Source of the DNA: Eukaryota sp. TZLM1-RC
Taxonomy: Eukaryota; Protista; Metamonada: BaSk clade
Direction of reading: 5' to 3'
Assembly: GCA_040285825.1 (NCBI GenBank)
Contig: JAUPSS010000006.1
Span: 434,001-498,000 of the forward strand
DNA length: 64,000 bases
Made by a program: the position numbers and the translations under genes. The notes under the pieces are model-generated. The model made no database searches and was not told where the DNA came from. It saw nothing but the letters and a program-made list of their open reading frames with translations. This document shows, piece after piece, positions 9,776-23,400 of the stretch (its first letter is position 1; the number at the start of each line of letters is the position of its first letter).

Positions 9776-10029
9776 ATTCAATATCACAATCAAATGATTG
9801 ATAAAGCAGCAACATCACAATACATAATCTATATTCTTGATTAAGAACGGTAACACTAACCAAGTCTCGTAACAAGACCTCGTAGCACCCCTTCCTCAGC
9901 CCGCGGTCGTTCCGAGAAGAAGTCTTTTGAATTCAGCCGCTTCGAACCAAAGCCCGTACCAAAGAACCTCCAAGTTTGCCAAGCTTCCAAGAATTCAAAC
10001 CCCTCCCCTCACTTGCATCGGAAGGAAGT

Positions 10030-10270
10030 CACCAATGTCAAATTAGTAGGTCTTGTTGATTTTAAAGGTAAAGTTATTAGTGGATGTACTCATAATGCAC
10101 CTCTTATTACCTCTGTTAAATCTAGTGTTGATTTTGGTGATGTAGTTGTTGTTGGTTGTCAATTTCAATTTATTGTTGCTACTGATTCTTTTATTGATTT
10201 AGAAACTGTTCTGGTTCTTGGTTCAATTGGTACTGATGAATTCTTTGAACTAATACCAATTTTACTATCA
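10030..10270. repeat. 'VVVGC' module between the B-box element and the 250-bp module
   Basis: GGTAAAGTTATTAGTGGATGTACT...GTTGTTGTTGGTTGTCAAT...GCTACTGATTC; also at ~25110 and ~25400, 41810-41985 (reverse), 47405, 47860, 57770. Confidence 0.8.
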
Positions 10271-10378
10271 AAAATTTAAGTTGAACATTTTATTAAATTT
10301 TTGTTGAATATATTTCCGGCTTAATCGGTTTTACTTACTTTTTTGATCTTTTGATTTTAGTTGTTTTTTGAACACTAC

Positions 10379-10645
10379 AGAGTCTCTACCAAATATTGAG
10401 AGTAATTCTCTTTATTTTGAATCTCTATTAATCAATACATAAACGACTGAGTAATCATCAATCATTCAGTTTTTAACTGTTTGAAGTTGAAAACGGTCAA
10501 GAAACATCTGATTACGTGTGTCTGCATAGTCTACATGTTTTTGGATTTTTGTAGGTTTAATACTTACAACAATTTTATTTAATGAATTAATTTGAGGGTT
10601 CCTTTTTTACCTCAACAAAATTAATTCATTTTTATTTTCTTTTAT
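10379..10645. repeat. Conserved ~250-bp module, copy 2
   Basis: Direct similarity to 880-1140. Confidence 0.9.
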
Positions 10646-11067
10646 TTCTACAACAATTAATAGTGAATGAAATTAAAGCCAGATTAAGTATGAGAATACA
10701 CAATCCAGGTTTATAGAGGTTATGATTTTTCATGCTAGACGTCTATAAAAAATTTCCCCCTGGATGCAAGAATAATTTGGTGTTTCTTTTTAATTGAAGA
10801 TTACGAGAAATTACTCGTAATCATCCCAAGCAAAGTCCTCGATATATTCATTGTAGATATCTTCAGAGATATCACGCTCTTGCATTTCGGCAAGGAAATT
10901 CTCTTCGTTGAATCGACCGTGTTGAATCATTGCAGATATAACGAAATTTCGAAAATCATTATAGAATTTATTTTTTTCAAATAATTGGAATGAAATTAAT
11001 GACGTGACAGACCAAGTGATGATGTGGTAATGCACCGTGAACCATGTGCAGTTGACACATGCACTAC

Positions 11068-11362
11068 TACCTAGTAGTATAAAATCATATAATACATTGT
11101 TTATTTGTCCAAGTCTAGGTCGTCTCCCTCCATTTCATCGCTATCTGCTGCCAAATCTATGTTGGAGTCTGCAGGAGGCACAAGTGTAGGAGGGGGCCCA
11201 TTCTGTTGAAAAGTTCTGGTTGCTGCTTTTGAAAGATATGATGGTACTCGTCTACCATTGACTGGAAAAGAGAAAAGTCAATGGGTTTACTTGGGTCAAA
11301 TTCCCCAGGTTGAGGAGTGTAAGAATCTCCCGGGGATTGTTTCTCGGAAGATGATGACATTG
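11068..11362 (-). pseudogene. Small acidic orphan protein, frameshifted duplicate of 12693-12959
   Basis: MSSSS..QSPGDSYT.QPG.FDP.KPIDFS.FQSMV.EY in both copies, with shared 3' flank. Confidence 0.6.
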
Positions 11363-11480
11363 GATTGAGAATTAACGTTTAAAAATTGGACTAGTCAATT
11401 AACTCTTATCAATTATCTTACCTAATTCATGATTCAAGTTATCTTTATTGAATAATGAATATCTAATTCATTATCTTATC

Positions 11481-11520
11481 CATGTGCCATACGCCATGTG
11501 CCATGTGCCATGTGCCATGT
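11481..11520. repeat. (CATGTGC)n heptamer microsatellite
   Basis: About 5 tandem units visible. Confidence 0.8.
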
Positions 11521-11589
11521 CTATAAGAATAAAAACATTTATTATTTATTTCATTATTAACAGGCAAGAGAAATATTAACAGGAGATAT

Positions 11590-12010
11590 TATCAGTCCTC
11601 ATCTGAGGAATAATCAACAAGATCACGACGGTCGGCACGGGGTGTCAGGAACCTTGGAGTGGATTGTTTGACCTTCCGAGACATGCTCTCATTTAGGTCA
11701 ACCACAATCAAGGGCATTCTGACCATCCATCACTTGGTCGATGACCTTGTCGACCATTTCAAACGGCATGGTTGTTATCAGTTCGACATTTTGTTGATGA
11801 AATATGAAAGTGAAACTTTCATGCTCACAGCATGTTTCTTTCATTCCCAGCATGAGCTTTTTAACCTTGTGGTTAAATTTTCTATCGATGTTGGATTTTG
11901 CTCTAAAATTAGTTTAATAAAAAAACATACTGACTTGGAGAGGGAGTGGTAACCCCAGAGGGAGAAACAGCTACAGGTGGTTCGCTATTCCCTGGTGGTG
12001 TATTGGGAGC
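11590..12010 (-). pseudogene. Orphan 'RxFNH' family member
   Basis: S/P/T linker, 28-nt intron 11903-11930, then AKSNIDRKFNHKVKKLMLGMK..HESFTFIF..ELITTMPFEMVDKVIDQVM; later frameshift. Confidence 0.7.
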
Positions 12011-12159
12011 AGAGAGAGGAGATTGAGAACTGTTGTGGGATTGAACCACAGACTCTCTGAAAATCGTCCTCCTCACTGGAACTCGGCGAACTATAGTGGT
12101 GTTTCAAAGTCGAACAATGGAGGATGATGATAATGTTGTCGGGATTTGTTAAACAGCTC

Positions 12160-12420
12160 TCTTGACTCGACGGCATCGAAAATATCTTATACGAATCTGT
12201 GATGAGTAGGCTGAGTTTTACATACAACTGGGCGAATACTGTTGATGTTTTCGTAGTCCTTGGCTGTTGAACAATGGGCTTCCAAATGGCCAACATTACA
12301 GGAATACCAGCCTTGGAGCTGTGATAGTTGTGCACTATACGAGAACCTATGGTTATATGAATTGTAGTGATCATACCACTGTCATAATGAACTTCTACGG
12401 GATTAAGAGCACATGGCCAC
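12160..12420 (-). pseudogene. Orphan 'HNYHSSKAGIPVMLAIW' family, copy 2
   Basis: Homologous to 1207-1480 with an intron at the same position. Confidence 0.6.
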
Positions 12421-12692
12421 TTTGTCTAGAATATCTGTAGTCGGGATTTTCCCTGCACCAGCCGAGGTAGAATCTAGGATTTTCGTAATTCAAAACCTTT
12501 TTTTTTGGCTGCTAAAATATCTTGTAGCTTTCGGTTAATATCAGACAATACACTCTGTTCAACGCACTGTTGCTGTCCTGCAATACGTTTTTGAAGAATA
12601 TCGTTTTGTTGAGCGAGTACTTCATTCTGAGTCTGTAAAGTAGATTTACACAGTGCAATTACCTAGTAGTATAAAATCATATAATACATTGT

Positions 12693-12959
12693 TTATTTGT
12701 CCAAGTCTAGGTCGTCTCCATCCATTTCATCACTATCTGCTGCTAAATCTATGTTGGAGTCTGAGTCTGCAGGAGGAACAAATGTAGGAGGGGGACCCAG
12801 TCTGTCAAATAGTTGAGGTTGTTCCTTTTGGAATATCTGAAGATATTCCTCTACCATGGACTGGAAGAAGGAAAAGTCAATGGGTTTGGCAGGGTCAAAT
12901 TTCCCTGGTTGAAGAGTGTAGGAATCTCCCGGGGATTGTTCGTCAGAAGATGATGACAT
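12693..12959 (-). CDS. Small acidic orphan protein (~88 aa)
   Basis: Open copy of the duplicated MSSSS..PGDSY family. Confidence 0.55.
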   Translation of the reverse strand: MSSSSDEQSPGDSYTLQPGKFDPAKPIDFSFFQSMVEEYLQIFQKEQPQLFDRLGPPPTFVPPADSDSNIDLAADSDEMDGDDLDLDK

Positions 12960-15149
12960 TGGATGTTGGAATGTTGGAAGAATGATGGTTTTTACAAAAA
13001 GAATGTGTTTCCTCATATTCAACTGTTTTGCCATGTACTTTGGCACTAAAATAAGTTTTTTGTGTTCTTGCTAAATGTGAAGTCAATTGAAGAACTATTT
13101 CACAAGAACTGTTCTGATCTTCCATCAGTTTTTTCAATTCTGCCATCAGTATTTGCTTCCTTTTGTGATATTTGCTGGTCATTTTTTTTGGAATCGTAAT
13201 TTCTGTCTTAGGAGTTCAGTTCTGATGTGGAAAAGTTCTGAGAGGATAGGCTGGTATCAGTACCAGAACGGAGGCGGAACATGTGTATTTATGTGTATTA
13301 AGTCAGGACACCTTAATTTTTTTATGTTACGGAACTTTTTGAAAATTTGACAACCTTTTAATCTCTTGGTCAAAACTGAAACAATAATACCATGACAAAA
13401 ACTTTTATTGTTATTGTTACAAGACTTTTACTAGTTGAGACAGATGTTAATGTTTAATTTAGCTCTACCCATATTAAATAAAAATTGCTCAGACTGTTGA
13501 AACATAAATAAATATCCATATTGATTTATAACACAATACTGAAAAAGAAATAATTACTACAAAAGTATCTAGTAAAGACATAGTTAAAAGCATAAATCTC
13601 AAAACATTACCTATTTCTATTCATATCATTACAACCAAACACTTCATAAACTACTAATATTCTTGAATCCAATTTATTTTTATCTTTTCACACCAATTTA
13701 GACGTAAATAACTGAGTAATTTTCAATGAGAGGAGAGAGGAAAGTCGGCATCATCAACATAATCAACACAAGAGGAGTTGGTTCACAACACGAGAGGAGA
13801 GCGATTAAACAATTGAAGTTCTCTGCTCGTCGATGTGGTCCGAAAGTTTCCTTATTGATTATATCTCAGTTATCCGACGAGAACAATTGTGAATCAATAG
13901 AAGTAGAATATGAATCATCATATTCATTGTCTAGTTATCCTTCTAAAAAAGTGACCGATTTGCAGACAGATGACATATGCTTAACTGTTACTCCGCATCT
14001 GCATGATCAAAACAACTGTGAGGCTATTTAGCTCAACTACATGTCAAATCTTCGACAGTCGAAGGCCGCCCCTTTAGAAACTATAGAAACTGCTACTGCG
14101 GATATTAGAGACTTTAACATGTTGTAAAGTCGTCTTAACATTGGATTTCAATTGAGTTAGGCAAGCAAAAAAAGGACAAAGTCCTTTTCTATTAATGAAA
14201 TTGCATTTCTGTGCTTGCAGCCAATCATTGAGGTAAATATTGAATGAATTGCTAGAACTAAAGAATTCTCCCATGTAGAAACAAGAGACCTGTCTTGTGG
14301 GCATTCAGGAAGAAATGCAAAATTTGTGAAAGATAAGTAGTAATTGGCGTTGTCCTTTAGAGGTGGATGGGCTTGGAAAAGAACCAGTGCTGATCACGGT
14401 CATAAAAAGATACCATACATCCTGTTCCACTAAAGCTCTTGATGCCAACGGGATGAAGTTGATGAAAAGATAATTCTACTACTTTATCATCAATATTATC
14501 AAGTATGTATAATCATTACACAAATATTTGCATGTTATTGAATTTTTTTTACCCTTATTGTAATTGATGACTTGGTCTTCAACTCTTAACCGTAAAGGAT
14601 TTGATCCATTATACCATTATCATCCTTCGACACATTCAATACTTACTTCGTTCTAATAATGCTTAACAGAGGATGCATATTGTCGGTATGGTATAGGCTT
14701 AACACATATTCTATTATATTCAACAAACGCATATACCGCACAAATGAACAAATAGTTGTTGGAAACGTACCACAACTTTATAAAAACAATGAAAATCATC
14801 AATTGACAACCAATCTTGGCATTACAATAGTATAGCCAGATTTGATACCAAACGACAAATTGATTTTTGAAGAAAAATAATTATCATAGTAATTACTACT
14901 ATATTAGTAATAGTAATAGTATATTTTTATTTTATAGTATTAGTATAGTTAAAACTGGTGTGAAAAGAGAACAAAACAAACAGTGATGTATCCGCATAAC
15001 GTCGAGATGGATGCAAACAAAGACCTTCTATCTACTGAGGATCTGAGCTGAGTTTCTTAATTATTTCTCCTCGAAACAAATTTTGGAGCGCTTATTAGTT
15101 GTTTGCCTAAACTTTTCTTGTTGCGTTTTGTCGATTTACCAGAATTTTC

Positions 15150-15620
15150 CTATTGAACTTCAGAATTTTTTGGTAGGTCATATAGGTTTGTAGCGTTACC
15201 CTCAACAAAGACTGACTCTTGAAATGGTGACCACCATAAAAAATCATGACGGTCACCTTGTCTACTTTCTTTCCAAGTAAGATAATTTAGGTATAACCCA
15301 CGGGGTGTCAAATGCTGTTGAGTGAATTGGTTTACCCTTCTCAACATGGTCTCATTGAGGTCAATCAGATTCATGGGCCATCGACCATTCATTACTTGGT
15401 CGATCACCTTGTCCACCATTTCAAAAGGGATGGTCGTGATCAGTTCATCTCTTTGTTCATCAAAAATGAACATAAAAATTTCATGATCACGGCCTGTTGC
15501 CTTCATATCCTGCTTCAGCTTCTTAACCTTGTGGTTAAATTTGCGACTGATATTGGATTTTGCTCTAAAATTAATTTAAGTAAAAAACAGACTGAGTGGG
15601 AGAAGGAGTAGCGGCCGCAG
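15150..15620 (-). pseudogene. Orphan 'RxFNH' family member (5'-truncated)
   Basis: 28-nt intron 15565-15592, then AKSNISRKFNHKVKKLKQDMKATGRDHEIFMFIFDEQ..WPMNLIDLNET. Confidence 0.7.
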
Positions 15621-15899
15621 AGGCTGAGCTTTTTACCCAACACCAAAGTTTCAATATCAAAATGTAAAATTCTGAGAGTAAATTGTGTTTTGACATTTGA
15701 TGGTGTCATTGAAGGGTTTTTGTATTGAGTCAACGGATTCTCATTAAAAAGTGTTTTTAAACGTTTCAAAGGTGTGCTTAATACATTAGCTCTCCTTTTT
15801 CTGATGGTTTTTTGTACAGAAGAGTATTTATTAATACTAATAATATTATAGTTATAGTATTAATAATATGTATTAATACTAATACATTTATTAATACTA

Positions 15900-16289
15900 C
15901 TTAAAGAAGTCATCCATAAATTGGTACTGTTCTTGAAAAACAGATTTGGTTGATTCATGGCATAGTTAGGCTGTCAGACCATTATATCTTTCTGTTACAT
16001 TAGGACCATGATGTCCAAAGATTTCTTGCAGTAATGCAATATCTTTGTGAAACTCATAATGAGTGAGTCCAAACGATTTCCGCAACGAGTGACTGCTAAC
16101 ATTTTGAGGCACTCCAGCTCTTTGACTGGCTTCTTTCAAATTTTTCCAGACAGTCTTTCGGGTTATTGGCTTGGAATATATCGGTCGTCTTTCCTGGGAC
16201 TTTTCTATAGCTTCGGTCGTATAACAATTGAACGCATCTGGATCCAATGGCTTTAAAAAATTGATCAGTGATGTTGTTAGACGATACAT
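15900..16289 (-). pseudogene. Tyrosine recombinase catalytic C-terminal half
   Basis: HSLRKSFG..HY..KDIALLQEIFGHH.P.VTERY contains H-x-x-R, H and the catalytic Y. Confidence 0.9.
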
Positions 16290-16369
16290 TTCCCTTCTGT
16301 AATTGCTGATATTAGTTTTACACAGTAAACATACATTCTGGTGTTGCGCATTGGATCCTTGGCATTGCT

Positions 16370-17365
16370 GGAATTGCCATCCATGTATCAGGATAAACCA
16401 ACTTAATTTTCAACTTGTTAGGGCCAACACGTTGCTCTTACAATTCTATTAACATAGTACCTATTTCTCTAACGTAGGATTCTTTGGAATGAAATCGAAG
16501 AGTGTTGCCTCGAGATTCATCGAATCTACCCCCAAGCATAAGCAAAATATCCGCAATATAATCTTTTGGGTAAATGTTCAAACGCTTCATTTAACTTAAC
16601 TAGGCATTTGAGTTTGTCGTCTATTCTTTTCCTCAATTTCTCCTCGTCTGTTACAGGTGTTCTGTAAAGACCGAGGGTGTCGACAAGTGAGTCTCTAGGA
16701 ACATTCGTTCCTAGGGGTTTCGTGGGTATAGTTGGATTTACAACAGATGTTTGTTTAGGAGTTGCTTCACAGGAAGCTCTCCTAGATGCCAGAGGCCCTA
16801 CAGAAGGTGTACTAAATATATTCATATTCCTCTCTTCTGAAGGCAATGTTTCGCTCAGCTTTATGATGAATTTTGTCTTAGGAGGTTCCTCCTGCACAGG
16901 TATAGTCTGAGCTGGTGGCCTTAAGTCCACCCAATCTGGTGCATCTTTGTGATCCTCTAGGGACCCCTGCTAATTTGTGATCATATGGAAGGCAACTACT
17001 TTTTATTAAGACGTTCTCAAAAACCTTTTGGTCGGGCCAGCTATCAACCCATGCCTTAAGTTTTGCCATCCATGCATCAGGATAAACTAGTTTTAACTTG
17101 TTGGGGCCAACACGTTGCTCTTTCAATTCAATAACCCTGGTGCCTATTTCTCTAATGTAGGACTCTTTGGCATGAAATTGAAGGGTGTCGCCTCGAGATT
17201 CATCGAATCTGCCCCCAAGCATAAGTAAGATGTCCGCAATGGAATCTTTTGGGTGTACGTTCTCCACTAGGAAATGCCTTACGACACCTCTAAGATTTCT
17301 ACCTTGCTGGTAGTAATCAGATCTTTCTTGACCTGAATCAACGTCATACAGTTAAAAACTGAATA
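16370..17365 (-). pseudogene. Two tandem fragments of an orphan gene (GGRFDESRG.TL.FH.KESY.REIGT family)
   Basis: 16370-16560 duplicates ~17065-17250; the frame extends upstream to LYDVDSGQERSDYYQQ. Confidence 0.55.
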
Positions 17366-17684
17366 GAGAGGCCTCTACCTCTGCCTCGAGTGCTTCTTCT
17401 GCTACGGAAACCAGATACTGTAACTTCATTTGAAGTAACAGAATCAGCTGTAAAGAAATCATGTTCATCTTCAGAAACAGTGTTGTTTAAGGTAAAATCT
17501 TCATAGTATAGTATAGTATGTTGAACAGACATTTAATAATTTGATTTCTTACTAATTTGTTGGAGATTTGTAGTTTATTTTGTTATAAATTTATATTATT
17601 GTTTTTGTTTCAGTTTCGTTATTTTAGTTTTATTTATACTGACTATTATTGTTGGTTTGATAATTATCAATCTGAATTATTCAT

Positions 17685-17765
17685 TCAATTGTAAATTTAA
17701 TATTACATATCGCTCAGTTGTTCATGATGCTGTTAGAGACCAACTATACGCTATGTGCAAAAGTC
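17685..17765 (+). mobile_element. Fragment of a related RLE non-LTR element
   Basis: FNCKFNITYRSVVHDAVRDQLYAMCKS versus LNCSKLITYRSSLHDAVRD at ~6390. Confidence 0.65.
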
Positions 17766-18814
17766 GTCACACAGGGAAAATAATTGACAATAAATTTGAT
17801 TTTATTAGACTAAATAAATGAAAAACCAAGAAGAATTTTGATTGACCTGTACAATAAAGAGCCCTTTTCCTTTTACGGTGTATCCTTTTCCTCCTTTACC
17901 AGCCATCATGCGGTTATCTACAAACTCTTATATACCATTTTATACTCGCAAAAACATATACAATACACACATAATTAAGAGGTTTTACAGTTCCATAGAT
18001 TATGAGATGAAGCATTGTATTAACAATGATAATTTAGCATTGATTATTAATGTATTTTTGTCTTGATTTAACTATGTTAACAATTATTCACTTATTTCAT
18101 TTACTTATTTACTTTTTTTGTCTTGGTATGTCGATAATTATATTTTTTTAATGTAATTTGTATTTCACGGCTAATGTCCTTGTTGAAAAAAAATGTGAGA
18201 AAAAATTTTATGTTAGTAAAAATTTTACTGAAGCCGGACATCCATCTTTTACTAACTCCTAAAAGTCCCTCAAGAAGTCTGATTTCTACTGGCCTACTAT
18301 GAAAGCCTCATAGGTGTTATAATCACCAATTGGAAAACTCACTCACCACCACTACCTGGATTGTCTGATCATCATCATCGACGAGGATACAATCAGCAAT
18401 TCATTCCATAGAATATCATCACAATCATAGAAAATTCAACCATATTCATAAAACAAATGAAGGTCAGCTGAGCGAACGAAGTAAGACTCAGATCAATCCG
18501 AAAAGTACAGTTGAAGAATTGTGTATTAACCAAAGGAATTGATACACTGTGTGGTTACTTCCAGTTATTTGTGATATAAATAAAAATGTCACCATTGAAG
18601 ATTTCTTTCAAGGCATCATTGGACATCCAGCTGATGAAAGGACTGAAAGGACGAATTCAATTTTAAACTTCAGTTATTGATTTTGAATTTGTGATGTGGT
18701 GTACATGCCCAAAAACATCTTTATTAATTAATTATGTTTAATTGTAGTTTAAATTATAGCTTTAACTGCATCGGAAAATACAAATTAGACAATGTCCCTT
18801 CATTGACAATACAG

Positions 18815-19100
18815 AGCAAAGATGACCAAAATACTGAAATCCATGTCTAGCCCTGTTCCTGTCAATAGTTTGACAAACTTTCCACTGTTAGAATCGGCGA
18901 GAAAAGAAATAAGTTTGTGAGAAGGAATGAGAATGAATGAGATTTCAATTTCCAAATGAAAATTCCACTTCACACCAATTTGCATTCAACCATGCCATTC
19001 AGGTCTGTATTCTCAAAAATCTTGTACCCCTTCTCGATTCTCGTAGAATTGTCATTATTTTTATTAGGAAAATTCAACCAATGGATTTGAGGTTCAACCC
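18815..19100. repeat. Dispersed duplication (inverted copy at ~27460-27730)
   Basis: Near-identical reverse complement. Confidence 0.8.
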
Positions 19101-19149
19101 CTATAGACTCAATACTGTAAGGTCTTTGGAATCTTGTTTATCTTAGAAG

Positions 19150-19198
19150 TCACCCACCCGGACTCGAACACCGAACGATAGGTCGGTAGACCTGTCGG
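19150..19198 (-). repeat. Head of B-box element (body missing)
   Basis: GGACTCGAACACC followed by hairpin GATAGGTC-GGTA-GACCTGTC in place of the palindrome. Confidence 0.55.
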
Positions 19199-19559
19199 CT
19201 TTTCATTTTTCCCATTCAATTAATTTATTTTTCACCAGATTTTTCATTAGTTTATTACTGAATCATTTATTGATGAGCCAATGTCAAGAACGTAAGGCCT
19301 AATTAATTCTGATTCTAAAGTTATCAGTGAATGTGATATTGATGAATTTCTTCATTTGTTCTCAGGTTTGTTTATCATTACTTACCATTACTGACTATGA
19401 TATTGTTTACCATGAATGTTGTACTGTTTCATCTATGTCATCATTTCATTAATTTTGAAGGAACCTTTCAACACCACCTATCACGACCCACGTTGTCTGT
19501 TCAACCCTTGATGTAACTTTTCAATTATTAGTGTTCTTTCGAACAACACTACATTCAAA

Positions 19560-20345
19560 AAGCCCACACCAGCAAAGAACGTAGACATCGTAGCACCCAT
19601 TCAATTACATTCTTCATTCAGCAAACATGAAGAGAATGCAGAATGTCGAGGACTCTTATGTTCATCAGTAGTTATTTTAGAAATCTTTCAATAAACTGTC
19701 TTTATTAAGTTAAGCTCTTTACAATTTCATTTTACGAGCAACGTTTGGAACTGGCTTTACGTTCGAAGGAATGTATGGTGAATTATACAAGTTTCCAAAA
19801 TTCGAAAATAGTTTTGAGTGATGTAAACAATATGTGTTGAGTTGTTCTCCAAAATACAACAACTACTTCGTTGCAATAATATTTCAGCAGCTTTCGTGGA
19901 CTCTGGGAATCTACTAGGGACCGAGGACATCCGGTTTCAATAATGAAACTAAGCAGAAGTTTAGCTCTCATTACCCAATAAATTGGATGGCAAGAAGTGT
20001 GTTACGCAGATAAGGAATCTAATATGCCTGACAAAATGAATGAGATAAGAGAGTAGTTTGTATGCTACACCACAAAATACAAGATAGGCAACGTTTCGTC
20101 ATCCATGTCTATTAATGCTCCTATCAACTGATTGAATAACTTTTCCACCGTCTGGAAAGATTAAAAAAGAAATACGTTTGTTTATTGATTTGTTAAAAAC
20201 AGCCTGTAACCAGCGACTAAGAGTTGATTGTGAGATGCAGAAGTATTGTGCTATATAAGCCCGTGACCCTAATTTTTTCAGATCCTCCGACCCTGAAGGA
20301 CGCAAGCTTTTGTGAAAACAACAACATGTCGTATGTTTTGATATA
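19560..20345 (-). mobile_element. Deleted remnant of two-gene IS630/Tc1 element
   Basis: HTH IAQYFCISQSTLSRWL; C-terminal LYNSPY (compare FRSPY/YKSPY); convergent plus-strand ORF2 end MKRMQNVEDSYVHQ* at 19671. Confidence 0.6.
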
Positions 20346-20475
20346 GGCTATTACAATAACGAAAGCTCCTTACAACAAAAGTTTATAGGTATAGGCAATC
20401 TCTCCCATAAGAAGAAAGGTTGATGTAAGACGTAAAAGGTCTCTGTTTATGGAGCTTATGAAGAGTGTTGGGAAC

Positions 20476-23400
20476 ACATATTACACTCACATTCACACAC
20501 TTTAAACACTATCAGCATTGTTTTTTAGCTTATTTGACTATACATATTCAAGACCACAGTGATTCGAACACATTCATTTTTCCAACATTATTTTCCAACA
20601 TAAAAGATGAAGAAATTAGTAAAATGAGATAACAAAAATATCAAATTACGTAATATTAATATAATTGGATTAAAAATGTTGTAACCAACACATAGAATTT
20701 GTTTGTAGAAATTAACAAAGATTTATGAAAGAGTTGTATGACTTTTTGAAAAATGTGAGATTTTGAAATAAAATTTCAATTTCTCTATCAAATATTACAA
20801 ACCCTTATAAACCATTTTATACTCGCAAAAGCTTATATAAAACACACATAATTAAGAGGTTTTACAGTTCCATAGTTTATTTTGAAGTTATGTAAAATGA
20901 TAGGGATTATGGTCAATGATAATGAAAATCTACACATTACACTCACATTAACACACTTTAAACACTATCAGCATTGTTTTTTAGCTTATTCGACTATACA
21001 TATTCAAGACCACAGTGATTCGAACACATTCATTTTTTCAACATTTTTCCAACATAAAAGACGAAGAAATTAGTAAAATGAGATAACAAAAATATCACAT
21101 TACGTAACGATGATATCAATAAATTGAGAATATTAAAAACAACACATAAAATTTGTTTGTAGAAATTAACAAGGATTTATGACAGAGTTGTATGACTTTT
21201 TGAAAAATGTGAGATTTTGAAATAAAATTTCAAATTCTCTATCAAATATTACAAACCCTTATAAACCATTTTATACTTGCAAAAGCTTATATAAAACACA
21301 CATAATTAAGAGGTTTTACAGTTCCATAGTTTATTTTGAAGTTATGTAAAATGATAGGGATTATGGTCAATGATAATGAAAATCTACACATTACACTCAC
21401 ATTAACACACTTTAAACACTATCAGCATTGTTGTTTAGCTTATTCGACTATACATATTCAAGACCACAGTGATTCGAACACATTCATTTTTCCAACATTA
21501 TTTTCCAACATAAAAGATGAAGAAATTAGTAAAATGAGATAACAAAAATATCAAATTACGTAACGATGATATCAATAAATTGAGAATGTTAAAAACAACA
21601 CATAAAATTTGTTTGTAGAAATTAAAAAAGATTTATGAAAGAGTTGTATGACTTTTTGAAAAATGTGAGATTTTGAAATAAAATTTCAATTTCTCTATCA
21701 AATATTACAAACTCTTATAAACCATTTTATACTCGCAAAAGCTTATATAAAACACATATAATTAAGAGGTTTTACAGTTCCATAGTTTATTTTGAAGTTA
21801 TGTAAAATGATAGGAATTATGGTCAATGATAATGAAAATCTACTCATTACACTCACATTCACACACACTTTAAACACTATCAGCATTGTTGTTTAGCTTA
21901 TTTGACTATACATATTCAAGACCACAGTGATTCGAACACATTCATTTTTCCAACATTATTTTCCAACATAAAAGATGAAGAAATTAGTAAAATGAGATAA
22001 CAAAAATATCACATTACGAAATATTAATATAACTGGATTAAAAATGTTGTAACCAACACATAAAATTTGTTTGTAGAAATTAACAAAGATTTATGAAAGA
22101 GTTGTATGACTTTTTGAAAAATGTGAGATTTTGAAATAAAATTTCAAATTCTCTATCAAATATTACAAACTCTTATATACCATTTTATACTCCCAAAAGC
22201 TTATATAATACACACATAATTAAGAGGTTTTACATTTCCATAGTTTATTTTGAAGTTATGTAAAATGATAGGGATTATGGTCAATGATAATGAAAATCTA
22301 CACATTACACTCACATTAACACACTTTAAACACTATCAGCATTGTTTTTTAGCTTATTCGAATACATATTCAAGACCACAGTGATTCGAACACATTCATT
22401 TTTCCAACATTATTTTCCAACATAAAAGATGAAGAAATTAGTAAAATGAGATAACATAAATATCAAATTACGTAACGATGATATCAATAAATTGAGAATG
22501 TTAAAAACAACACATAAAATTTGTTTGTAGAAATTAACAAAGATTTATGAAAGAGTTGTATGACTTTTTGAAAAATGTGAGATTTTGAAATAAAATTTCA
22601 AATTCTCTATCAAATATTACAAACTCTTATATACCATTTTATACTCCCAAAAGCTTATATAATACACACATAATTAAGAGGTTTTACATTTCCATAGTTT
22701 ATTTTGAAGTTATGTAAAATGATAGGGATTATGGTCAATGATAATGAAAATCTACACATTACACTCACATTAACACACTTTAAACACTATCAGCATTGTT
22801 TTTTAGCTTATTCGACTATACATATTCAAGACCACAGTGATTCGAACACATTCATTTTTCCAACATTATTTTCCAACATAAAAGATGAAGAAATTAGTAA
22901 AATGAGATAACAAAAATATCACATTACGAAATATTAATATAACTGGATTAAAAATGTTGTAACCAACACATAAAATTTGTTTGTAGAAATTAACAAAGAT
23001 TTATGAAAGAGTTGTATGACTTTTTGAAAAATGTGAGATTTTGAAATAAAATTTCAAATTCTCTATCAAATATTACAAACTCTTATATACCATTTTATAC
23101 TCCCAAAAGCTTATATAATACACACATAATTAAGAGGTTTTACATTTCCATAGTTTATTTTGAAGTTATGTAAAATGATAGGGATTATGGTCAATGATAA
23201 TGAAAATCTACACATTACACTCACATTAACACACTTTAAACACTATCAGCATTGTTTTTTAGCTTATTCGAATACATATTCAAGACCACAGTGATTCGAA
23301 CACATTCATTTTTCCAACATTATTTTCCAACATAAAAGATGAAGAAATTAGTAAAATGAGATAACATAAATATCAAATTACGTAACGATGATATCAATAA

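Noticed and set aside
9730-9800. tRNA genes at the GTTCGAGTCCC motifs
   Set aside because: I could not fold a cloverleaf or find a convincing A-box/D-arm; only the T-loop/B-box is present. tRNAscan-SE would settle it.
10013-10279. 'VVVGC' ORFs (also 47388..47654) as a real gene
   Set aside because: No ATG start and frame disrupted in most copies; treated as a repeat module, though a decayed coding origin is possible.
20882-22910. Repeated 63-68-aa ORFs (MKLCKMIG...)
   Set aside because: By-products of the satellite; non-ATG starts and broken in other monomers.
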